From the NCBI GenBank assembly GCA_037190965.1, contig JBBCKI010000057.1, positions 1 to 14,993 on the forward strand: 14,993 bases of DNA, given 5' to 3'. This document shows, piece by piece, positions 8,049-14,993 of the stretch; the stretch's first letter is position 1, and each line of letters starts with the position of its first letter. Position numbers and translations under genes: made by a program. The DNA comes from Chthoniobacteraceae bacterium (lineage in GTDB: Bacteria > Verrucomicrobiota > Verrucomicrobiia > Chthoniobacterales > Chthoniobacteraceae). The notes under the pieces are model-generated. The model made no database searches and was not told where the DNA came from. It saw nothing but the letters and a program-made list of their open reading frames with translations.

Positions 8049-8612
8049 ATGACTCTCTTAGAAGCCGTTGCCGCCCTTGAGGCCAAATTCACCGTTCTTT
8101 CCAAAAACGAGTTCCGGGGAGAAACCACGCTCGTTGTGGAAACCGCCCGCATTGCGGAGATCGCCGCCGCCGCGAAGAATCTCGGGTTCGACACTCTCTC
8201 CGATATCTCCAGCGTGGACAATTTTGGCGACGAGCCGCGCTTCGAGATGGTCTATGAACTTTATTCGCTGACCGACAACCATTACCTCCGGCTGAAGTCC
8301 ACCGTCTCCGAAGACGACTTGGAAGTGCCAACGGTCACGGGCGTCTGGAGCACCGCCAACTGGCATGAGCGGGAAGTCTATGACATGATGGGGATCAAGT
8401 TCACCGGGCATCCCGATCTCCGCCGTATTTTGATGTGGGACGGGTATCCCTTCTTCCCGCTCCGGAAGGATTTCCCGCTCGCCGGGCGTCCCAGCGAAAT
8501 GCCCGATGTGGCGTTCACGAAAATCGCCCCGCTGGAGGGCGGCCCTTTTGTGACGGTGCCAAGCAGCGCGACTGCGAAGGACCGGGAGCCCCGTGCCCGT
8601 CGCGTGGAATAA
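8049..8612 (+). CDS. nuoC: NADH-quinone oxidoreductase subunit C, 187 aa
   Basis: Start reassigned to ATG 8049. PRFEMVYELYS and ANWHEREVYDMMGIKFTGHPDLRRILM...PLRKDFPL. Confidence 0.94.
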   Translation: MTLLEAVAALEAKFTVLSKNEFRGETTLVVETARIAEIAAAAKNLGFDTLSDISSVDNFGDEPRFEMVYELYSLTDNHYLRLKSTVSEDDLEVPTVTGVWSTANWHEREVYDMMGIKFTGHPDLRRILMWDGYPFFPLRKDFPLAGRPSEMPDVAFTKIAPLEGGPFVTVPSSATAKDREPRARRVE

Positions 8613-8637
8613 CGCTGTTTTTCTTCGCTTTTTGAAT

Positions 8638-8666
8638 GCCGCCGGTGAAAACCGGCGGCTTTTTTT
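8638..8666 (+). terminator. Intrinsic terminator after nuoC
   Basis: GCCGCCGGT-GAAA-ACCGGCGGC: perfect 9-bp stem, GNRA loop, followed by a T7 run. Confidence 0.9.
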
Positions 8667-8690
8667 ATTTCGACTGAAAAAATTTTCGGT

Positions 8691-8719
8691 TTCGCAAATA
8701 TTTGCGAATCAGCGGGTTA
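8691..8719. promoter_or_regulatory. Perfect 18-bp palindrome overlapping an IHF-consensus site
   Basis: TTCGCAAATATTTGCGAA (8691-8708) is self-complementary. AATCAGCGGGTTA (8707-8719) matches WATCARNNNNTTR. Confidence 0.5.
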
Positions 8720-8828
8720 CCCATACATCGTGCAGTATTACCGCCGAGGATCGGTACGGAAAGTTGAACAAGACCGTCTTTAGCTTCGTCCAACACGTAG
8801 TAAATTAAGGAGAGATACTATCATCGCC

Positions 8829-9011
8829 ATGAACAAGGCCCACCGTTGTTACCTGCATCTCGCCTGCATCGCGGTAAAGCTGCCCCGGGGCAAAAATATC
8901 CGGTGGCACTGGCAGCACTTGATTCGGGAATTTGGCTTCGGTGTTTATTGTGAGGGGCGGTCACTGTATCGACCCGAGTTGGAGAAACTCCATGCTGTAT
9001 CTCACCCATAA
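8829..9011 (+). CDS. Putative 60-aa small protein
   Basis: ATG start. TAAGGAG lies upstream but about 16 nt away. The ORF fills the gap before the TPR gene and overlaps it by 20 nt. Confidence 0.5.
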   Translation: MNKAHRCYLHLACIAVKLPRGKNIRWHWQHLIREFGFGVYCEGRSLYRPELEKLHAVSHP

Positions 9012-9489
9012 ATCCCAAACACAGGCCCCGGAATTGGAACGCTCCCTCGTGGCAGCCGACGGTTACCTCTACCTTGGAATGCCGGAGGAGGCGCTGAAGG
9101 AATTGGCGGGAATCCCCGCAGACCAGCACCAAAACTCATCCGTGCTCCGGGCGAGAATCCGCATTTTGCTGCACTTACGGCAATGGAGGCGTGCGGAAAA
9201 GCTCTCCCGCGCGGGCTCGCGCCTTTACCCGGATGAAAACGAGTTCATGGTTCAGAGGGCTTTTGCGCTGCACCAGCAGGAGAAAGGCCCGGAGGCGATC
9301 GAGGTGATCCGGAGCGCTCCCGAATGGATCCGGCGTACCGGGATCCTGCAGTACAACCTGGCCTGCTACGAAGCGCAACTGGGCGATCTCGGGATTGCCC
9401 GGCAATGCATCCGCGCGGCCATCGAGATCAACTCGTCCTTCAAGAAAAACGCCAAGACCGATCCGGACCTTGCGCGGCTCTGGAACTAG
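8992..9489 (+). CDS. Tetratricopeptide-repeat protein, 165 aa
   Basis: GGAGA SD at 8981-8985 before ATG 8992. TPR-like helices (ADGYLYLGMPEEALKEL; YNLACYEAQLGDLGIARQCIRAAIEIN...AKTDPDL). Confidence 0.85.
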   Translation: MLYLTHKSQTQAPELERSLVAADGYLYLGMPEEALKELAGIPADQHQNSSVLRARIRILLHLRQWRRAEKLSRAGSRLYPDENEFMVQRAFALHQQEKGPEAIEVIRSAPEWIRRTGILQYNLACYEAQLGDLGIARQCIRAAIEINSSFKKNAKTDPDLARLWN

Positions 9490-9511
9490 CGTGTAGAGCG
9501 CCTATGCTTTC

Positions 9512-9663
9512 CTCGCTCCCAAACTCTCTGTTTGGGAACGAGGATGTCTTCGAAACTCCAGTTTGGCACCCCTGTCCGTTCCGGCACCCTGCACGCGATA
9601 ACACGGCTTTCGAATCAGAGATTCGGGGACATTGGCATTACCAATCTGGAGGTTGGTAACGAG
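9512..9663. repeat. REPIN/MITE-like palindromic element, family A, copy 2 (more intact)
   Basis: Terminal hairpins CTCGCTCCCAAAC-TCTCT-GTTTGGGAACGAG and CATTACCAATCTGGAGGTTGGTAACGAG are inverted relatives of each other, with two inner hairpins. About 89% identical to 127-266. Confidence 0.85.
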
Positions 9664-9680
9664 AATAAACGGAGGGAAAC

Positions 9681-9710
9681 CCCCGCGCTCGCGGCGCGAA
9701 CGCCGCTACC
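9681..9710 (-). repeat. Single GTAG-type REP (family C)
   Basis: CCCCGCGCTCGCGGCGCGAACGCCGCTACC resembles CCCCGCGCTCGACGGCGCGAGCGGGCTACC at 7392-7421. Confidence 0.6.
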
Positions 9711-9718
9711 TTTAGTTC

Positions 9719-10138
9719 CTATGCTTTTGCATACCCGCACCGCAGCCCCGTGTGCAGGATCTCCCGGGCGCAATCCGAACCGCGCCGCGCTTTGTGCACT
9801 CGCCACCCTTTGGCGGTGAGGAGCTCTTCGATCTCGTCGAGTTGTGCGGGATGAATCTCTTCGACCGCCTCGATCCGCCGTCGTGACGCGATGGCGACGG
9901 CGACTAGGCATTCACTGCCGACAACGCCCACCAGACGCGATGCAATAGCCGCTCCGGCAAAGGCGGGGGAGTCGAGCAGCACGATGGCGTGAAGCGGCGC
10001 GCCGCTGTCAGTGCAGGTTCCGGGAATCGACCCGAAACCGAATACGTCCCCCTCGGTGGGGCCGCAATGGATCGTCTCCAAAATGACATTAAGGTGTCCG
10101 TAGGAATCAAAGGGGCCAAGTTCAAGGAAGGGGTTCAT
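9719..10138 (-). CDS. Family I inorganic pyrophosphatase-like protein lacking catalytic residues
   Basis: PPase scaffold segments LNVILET, FGSIPGT, (SGAPLH)AIVLLDSPAFAG, RLVGVV, LVAVA and LDEIE are present. The DGDPxD motif reads SGAPLH. SD AAGGA lies 5 nt before the ATG. Confidence 0.7.
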   Translation of the reverse strand: MNPFLELGPFDSYGHLNVILETIHCGPTEGDVFGFGSIPGTCTDSGAPLHAIVLLDSPAFAGAAIASRLVGVVGSECLVAVAIASRRRIEAVEEIHPAQLDEIEELLTAKGWRVHKARRGSDCAREILHTGLRCGYAKA

Positions 10139-10226
10139 CGCAATCCTTAAACGGATGTCAATGCCCCGGCGGATGTAAGAGTATGCGTGACAATCCTCTC
10201 AATTTACGCATCTCTGCGCCGCGGCC

Positions 10227-11198
10227 CTACCGCCCCGCCTGAACCGGCTCCGCCTTCTTGCGGGCTTCCGTGGCGATCGCAAAGTATTGCGAGACGAACG
10301 GGAGCCCCCCCAGCGCCGGAAGCAGGTAACGCCCGGTGCAAAGCACCCCGAGGGCGGCCGCCGTGGCTTCCGGGAAGTAAGGAGCATAGAACACGACCAA
10401 AGCGGCGTCACGGGTTCCAACGCCGGCGAAGGTCAGCGGGAGAAGCCCGGCGAGAATCGCCAGCGGCGACAAAGCCAGGTTCGAAAGGAACGGGCAGGTC
10501 GCCTTGAGCGCCAGGATGAACATCCAGATTTGCAGCAGGTGCAGGAACCAGATGAAGACGGAGGTGGCGGCGACCTTGAAGAGCTGGCGTTTGCTCGCCC
10601 AGAAGTAGCCGTGCATTTCGTTCCACGACTCCTTGAGCTTGCCCAGCTTCGCGGCGATCTTGCCGGGAGCAAAGCGGCTCGCCGTATTGAAGAAGAAATT
10701 GGCAAATCCGGCCGAACCGAGCATCAGGAGGCCGAAGGTCAAGCAACCGACGACACCGACGGTCATCACCAGAAAGAGAGCGTCTTTCTGCTTGTACATC
10801 AGCAACCCGAAGACGCACCAAATCAAAAGCGAGAGCATGTCGCACGCCTTCTCGAAGACGACCAGCGACAGGGCGAGGCTGCCGCTCATTTCGCCTTTGT
10901 CGCGCATGAAGTAAGCCTTGGCGATATCCCCCATTTTGGATGGGAGGACGAGATTGAGCACGCTGGCGACGAGGATCAGCTTGTTGGCCTCGCCAAACCC
11001 GAGTTGCCCGCGCCGGGGCATGAGCTGCTGGAGCCGCCACGATGTGAAGAGCGTCAACGGCACAACCATCCCCAGGCTGGCGGCGAGCCATAGCGGGTCG
11101 GTATTACGGAACGCCTCCAGCAGTTTGGCGATGTCGATCCGGTAATAGATCGCGGCGAGGATCCCGAGACTGACGACGAGGGAGATGAGCTTTTTCAC
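10227..11198 (-). CDS. Lysylphosphatidylglycerol synthase TM-domain / UPF0104 flippase-like membrane protein
   Basis: Multiple TM helices. NLVLPSKMGDIAKAY, VFEKACD and LPLTFAGVGTRD are typical of the family. GTG start. Confidence 0.88.
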   Translation of the reverse strand: MKKLISLVVSLGILAAIYYRIDIAKLLEAFRNTDPLWLAASLGMVVPLTLFTSWRLQQLMPRRGQLGFGEANKLILVASVLNLVLPSKMGDIAKAYFMRDKGEMSGSLALSLVVFEKACDMLSLLIWCVFGLLMYKQKDALFLVMTVGVVGCLTFGLLMLGSAGFANFFFNTASRFAPGKIAAKLGKLKESWNEMHGYFWASKRQLFKVAATSVFIWFLHLLQIWMFILALKATCPFLSNLALSPLAILAGLLPLTFAGVGTRDAALVVFYAPYFPEATAAALGVLCTGRYLLPALGGLPFVSQYFAIATEARKKAEPVQAGR

Positions 11199-11225
11199 GG
11201 ATCGGGTAGGAGAGATTTGGAGGGG

Positions 11226-12833
11226 TTAGAGCACGCGTTCCACGCGAAGGGTCGCACCGGGCGCGAGTCCCCTCGCCTGTTCGGTCAAATCAAGCCAAGG
11301 CTGCATTTGCCCCGGCTGGAAAGTACGGCTCATGACGACGTAAATGGAAGTTTGCGAACAGCCGATCCCCGCGGCGCGCACGCGGCTCCAGTCTTCGGCG
11401 GTGACTTCGTCGATCACGCGGAGTTTCCCGCCCTCCCAACGGATCTGGCGGCGGAAGGCAAACGGGGCTTCGCTTTTCCCGGTGATGAGGAGCTTTTGGA
11501 GAAGCTTGCGAACGAGATCGGGCTGCAACCGGCCACCGCAGAACATGATGAGACGCAGCACCATGAGGTTAAACGTGGTCATCCCCTTGTTCTTCGCCCA
11601 TCCCATCTTGCCGGAAAGGGTGACCCCGGAATCCGACGATTCCACGGCGTAATTGCCGACAAGGTGGGCCACCGCCGTGCGCGTCTTCTTTTCCTGCACC
11701 TGAAGAGAGACCTGGGTGTCGGAGGCGACGAGCTTCCCATCCCGGAAAAACTTGAACACGCCGCCCTTGTTCAGGGCGAGGTAAAGCTCCGTGCCGTCGC
11801 GGCGATCAATAACGATACCGGCGTTCTTGAAATGGACGCGGCCATCCGGGCGCGGGCAAACGGCGGGGCGCTCCGCGATGAAATGCCGATGCGCAAGGAG
11901 GTAGCTCCAGGTATGATGGCCGATGATGTGGTCGTCGGCATAGCACGGAGCGAGGCCGTTCTCCAGCCCGGCGAGGAAACGGCTGTTGATCTCCAGGGCT
12001 TTGGGGAACCACTTCCCGGCGATCTCGAAACCATGTGGGAAAAAATTGTAGGTATTGCGGCTGGTGTATTCGCCGCCCGACGAACCGTCGCTGTGAACGA
12101 ACTCCGAGGCGAAGTGGATCGCCTTTTCCAGCGCGGCGTAGATCTCCGGCCGGGAGGTGAGATCGTAAAGCTGAGCGAGAAGCGCGATGGTCAGGGTATG
12201 ATAGCCGGGGTCGGCACCTTCGTACTCCTGAAACCACCCCTCCTCGTTCTGCCAGGAAAGCAGCGTGGTCAGACGGCGCTCTTTGAGGGTATCCCATTGG
12301 TTGGTCGCAAGCAGACGGCCTGCGAGTTCGAGGCAAAGGACGATCAGCGCGGCATGATTGGAGAGCCTGCCGCTTTCAAAATGCCCCGCCAGCCAACCGG
12401 CGCGCAGGGCGAAGAACTCCCGCATGGCGGGGGCGTTCGCGCTGCGACCAAGATCAAGCAGGCGGTAGCTCTCCATGCAGGCCAGTAGGGAAAACGCAGC
12501 GGCTCCGGCGGCCTTTTCGAAAGGAAAATAGTCGTCGCACGATCCGTCGGGATGCGCCGCGCGCGCCGCGTAAAGAATGCCTGCCTCCACCCATTCCGCA
12601 ATGGCTGGCTGCCGATGATACGGATTGGGCTCGAGATCCGTCGGCTCCAACGTATAAGCCAGCGCCAGCGGCCAGACGAACTCCTGCGCCATGCCGCTCG
12701 GGAAATCGATGATCTTGTAATGCCAGAAATTGCGATCGAAACAGCCGTAGGTGGAGCTGTGCGCGTTCCGGTCGAGCAAAGTCAGGATCTTCGGAATTTG
12801 CGCCAGCGCATTCTGCGCGAAGAGATGTTTCAT
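11226..12833 (-). CDS. Hypothetical protein (535 aa), possible (alpha/alpha)-toroid carbohydrate-modifying enzyme
   Basis: Long ORF with host codon usage between a GT2 gene and a flippase-like gene. Helical repeats with loops HPDGSCDDYF, QNEEGWFQEYEGADPGY and HSDGSSGGEY, followed by a beta-rich C-terminal third. No signal peptide. Confidence 0.8.
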   Translation of the reverse strand: MKHLFAQNALAQIPKILTLLDRNAHSSTYGCFDRNFWHYKIIDFPSGMAQEFVWPLALAYTLEPTDLEPNPYHRQPAIAEWVEAGILYAARAAHPDGSCDDYFPFEKAAGAAAFSLLACMESYRLLDLGRSANAPAMREFFALRAGWLAGHFESGRLSNHAALIVLCLELAGRLLATNQWDTLKERRLTTLLSWQNEEGWFQEYEGADPGYHTLTIALLAQLYDLTSRPEIYAALEKAIHFASEFVHSDGSSGGEYTSRNTYNFFPHGFEIAGKWFPKALEINSRFLAGLENGLAPCYADDHIIGHHTWSYLLAHRHFIAERPAVCPRPDGRVHFKNAGIVIDRRDGTELYLALNKGGVFKFFRDGKLVASDTQVSLQVQEKKTRTAVAHLVGNYAVESSDSGVTLSGKMGWAKNKGMTTFNLMVLRLIMFCGGRLQPDLVRKLLQKLLITGKSEAPFAFRRQIRWEGGKLRVIDEVTAEDWSRVRAAGIGCSQTSIYVVMSRTFQPGQMQPWLDLTEQARGLAPGATLRVERVL

Positions 12834-12919
12834 ACTTTCAAAAAACCGTGAGCGATTGAGGTCATCGGAGGGGCGGCGGGGCGGCAGGTCTGGAGAGTCT
12901 CCCGCCGCGAAGCTTGCCT

Positions 12920-13942
12920 TTAGCCCGCTATTTTCTCTGCTGCCGCTACGGGCAGAGCGGAGGAGAGCGATGGCGAGGACGATGATGCAGGGGCTCCGTT
13001 CCCCTTCCCGTACTCCTGACGCCGCCCGCGCAACTGGATGTCCTCCAACAACGCACGATTGACGGCGATGAGATCGGCCACCAGCCCAAAGATCCAGAGC
13101 TGCACGCTGATAAGCAGCATTACCGCCGCAAGGATCAGGCTGGGCACATGGGAGCGAGTCGGATCTTCAAGATAACAGAAGATCCATCGCACCCCGAGGG
13201 CGAAGCCGATCAGGAACGGTGGCACCGCCAGCACGTTGAAAAATCGCATCGGGCGATAGGTCATCAGGATGCGGAGAATCGTCAGGATCGACCGCTGGAC
13301 ATAGGCCCGCATGCTCTTCATGAGCCGCGAAGGGCGCAGAAAGCCATTCGTCCGGATCGGCACCGAGCGGATCGAGAGATTCTTGCGGCCCGCCTGGATG
13401 ATCGTCTCCAGAGTGTAGGTGTACTTGCTGAAAACATTGAGCTGCATCGCGGCATCGCGCGTGATGGCCCGGAACCCGCTCGGTGCGTCGGCGACATCCG
13501 TGCCGCTCGCGATCCGCACCACCAGGCTGCCCAGCTTTTGGAGCATCTTCTTGAGCGGAGAAAAGTGCGCCGTCTCGGAGATCGGCCGTTCGCCGACGAC
13601 GATCTGCGCTTCACCGCGAAGAATCGGCTCAATCAGCTTCGGAATATCGTCCGCGCAATACTGGTTATCGGCGTCGGTATTGACGATGATGTCCGCGCCA
13701 AGCTTGAGGCACGCGTCCAGCCCGGCCATGAAGCCGCGAGCCAGCCCAAGGTGCCCACCGAGATCCACGACATGATGAACGCCATGCTGCCGGGCCACCT
13801 CGATCGTCCGGTCTTCGGAGCCGTCATTGATGATCAGCCATTCGACCGTGTCGATTCCGGGCAGAGACTTGGGGAGCGCCGCAAGGGCAATTCCCAGCGT
13901 CTGCTCCTCATTGTAACACGGAATTTGGATGATCAGCTTCAT
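12920..13942 (-). CDS. Glycosyltransferase family 2 (DPM1/GtrB-like) with two C-terminal TM helices, 340 aa
   Basis: MKLIIQIPCYNEE, INDGSEDRT, NTDADNQY (DxD) and DAPSGFRA. Hydrophobic C-terminal helices. Start reassigned to ATG 13942. Confidence 0.93.
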   Translation of the reverse strand: MKLIIQIPCYNEEQTLGIALAALPKSLPGIDTVEWLIINDGSEDRTIEVARQHGVHHVVDLGGHLGLARGFMAGLDACLKLGADIIVNTDADNQYCADDIPKLIEPILRGEAQIVVGERPISETAHFSPLKKMLQKLGSLVVRIASGTDVADAPSGFRAITRDAAMQLNVFSKYTYTLETIIQAGRKNLSIRSVPIRTNGFLRPSRLMKSMRAYVQRSILTILRILMTYRPMRFFNVLAVPPFLIGFALGVRWIFCYLEDPTRSHVPSLILAAVMLLISVQLWIFGLVADLIAVNRALLEDIQLRGRRQEYGKGNGAPASSSSPSLSSALPVAAAEKIAG

Positions 13943-14248
13943 TCGGAAAGGGAACAATTATTCGCATTCAGCCACGGTTTGAAAGTCTTTTTGGGGCAGC
14001 AACCGCGCTCTCTGATTCTCCATCCCATTCCCAGAAAGGCAAATGGGCAATCCGGCAACCCCGAAACGCCCCGTTCGTTCCCTTCTCAAACAACCGCCCT
14101 TTCTACTGCTCCCCTCTTTGTCGGAAGCCGGAACGAGATCGGCCAAATCCAAAAAAAGTAAAAAAACGCCCCATCGCGCGTATTCTTCTTGCGAAGAATC
14201 CCAAAACAAGCGACACATCACCTCCCTGCTCGCCGCAGGAACAGGTTA

Positions 14249-14325
14249 CGGGCTGTGGCTCAGCTTGGTAGAGCGCTTCGTTCGGGACGAAGAGGCCGCG
14301 GGTTCGAATCCCGCCAGCCCGACCA
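14249..14325 (+). tRNA. tRNA-Pro (anticodon CGG)
   Basis: Acceptor stem CGGGCTG/CAGCCCG plus ACCA. D arm GCTCAGCTTGGTAGAGC. Anticodon arm CTTCG-TTCGGGA-CGAAG. T arm GCGGG-TTCGAAT-CCCGC. Confidence 0.98.
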
Positions 14326-14698
14326 TTCTTAAGGTCTTGAGGAGAAAGGTGTTACGAGCGTAACGCCATGTCGGAAAAAATGCGCAGAAGGTACCCCCCT
14401 ACCCCGTTTTTCCCTGCCCGAAGGTGACTGAAGATGACCGAAATTCCCTCCGTCAGGGGGGCAAATTAGGGGGGATGGGCATTTTCGGCTGGAATCGTGT
14501 AGGGAGAGCTCAGAAGCGTACAGCCTCGTTTTCCCCATCTCCATTATCGACTCCAATCCACCCTTTTAGGCTGTCCGTTAGGGATATTCCCCAATCATAC
14601 TGCGACTTTGCAAGCGTAGAGGCATTGACCTTTTCCGCAAATTTCAGGACTATTGGGTTGCTGGGCGTCGCTAAACATTCTCCCTAAACCACACTATT

Positions 14699-14993
14699 AT
14701 GGCCTGTCTCGGAGTTCACTTCGCCCTCACCTCTGATGATGTTCGGCAACTTCGTTCGATTCGTGACGAGAGCGAGCGACTCAACCATCTTCAGTCAGTC
14801 ATCGAGGAGACTTACTTGTCCGATAATCCACAGTTCGCTGCCGAGAGCGACAAGGCATGGGACGCCATGCACCGCGCCCTCACAGACGGACAGCTTACCT
14901 GGGATGGCGGCACTTACCCCCTTAATCATACCGTGCTTGCGGGCGAACCTCTCTACACGCAGCCCGATTACGTCATGTCGCTTAAGACACCTC
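14699..14993 (+). CDS. YfbM/DUF1877-family protein (partial, runs off the window)
   Basis: Manual translation: MACLGVHFALTSDDV...AAESDKAWDAMHRALTDG...YPLNHTVLAGEPL...KTP. The DKAWDAMH motif is typical of DUF1877. It is absent from the ORF track because it has no stop in the window. Confidence 0.8.
   Translation, partial: MACLGVHFALTSDDVRQLRSIRDESERLNHLQSVIEETYLSDNPQFAAESDKAWDAMHRALTDGQLTWDGGTYPLNHTVLAGEPLYTQPDYVMSLKTP

Noticed and set aside
8751..8768. Sigma54-like TCGGTACGGAAAGTTGAA downstream of the IHF-like site
   Set aside because: The spacing is 11 instead of 10 nt and the -12 element is GA rather than GC.
127..9663. CRISPR interpretation of the palindromic repeats
   Set aside because: There is no regular repeat-spacer periodicity and no cas genes.
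14655..14670. GGGTTGCTGGGCGTCG as an integron attI/attC core before the DUF1877 gene
   Set aside because: It does not match GTTRRRY, and no complementary inverse core or integrase is in the window. It cannot be fully excluded without downstream sequence.
13958..14687. ORFs 13958-14221, 14043-14363, 14329-14556 and 14424-14687
   Set aside because: They overlap promoter or tRNA regions, have low-complexity translations and show no motifs or RBS support.

Overview
A mostly GC-rich bacterial chromosomal segment. Gene style, the TPR family and the REP families suggest Verrucomicrobiota; this is inference only. In order, it holds: a divergent alkylation-repair pair (Ada-AlkA fusion and ogt) with a symmetric operator/promoter; a hexuronate/galactose cluster (uxaE divergent from galT-rpiB-uxaC); a small secreted Arg/Trp-rich protein; a stand-alone nuoBC pair with its own terminator; a 60-aa ORF plus a TPR gene; an apparently catalytically dead pyrophosphatase homologue; a three-gene glycosylation module (GT2, a 535-aa unknown protein, and an LPG-synthase-TM/flippase-like protein); tRNA-Pro(CGG); and a truncated YfbM/DUF1877 gene beyond a possible island boundary. 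Three different REP/REPIN-like palindromic repeat families occupy intergenic spaces, including two about 89%-identical 140-bp copies 9.4 kb apart. The best candidates for undescribed biology are the GT2/unknown/flippase module, the pseudo-PPase and the small ORF-TPR pair. No database searches were run.
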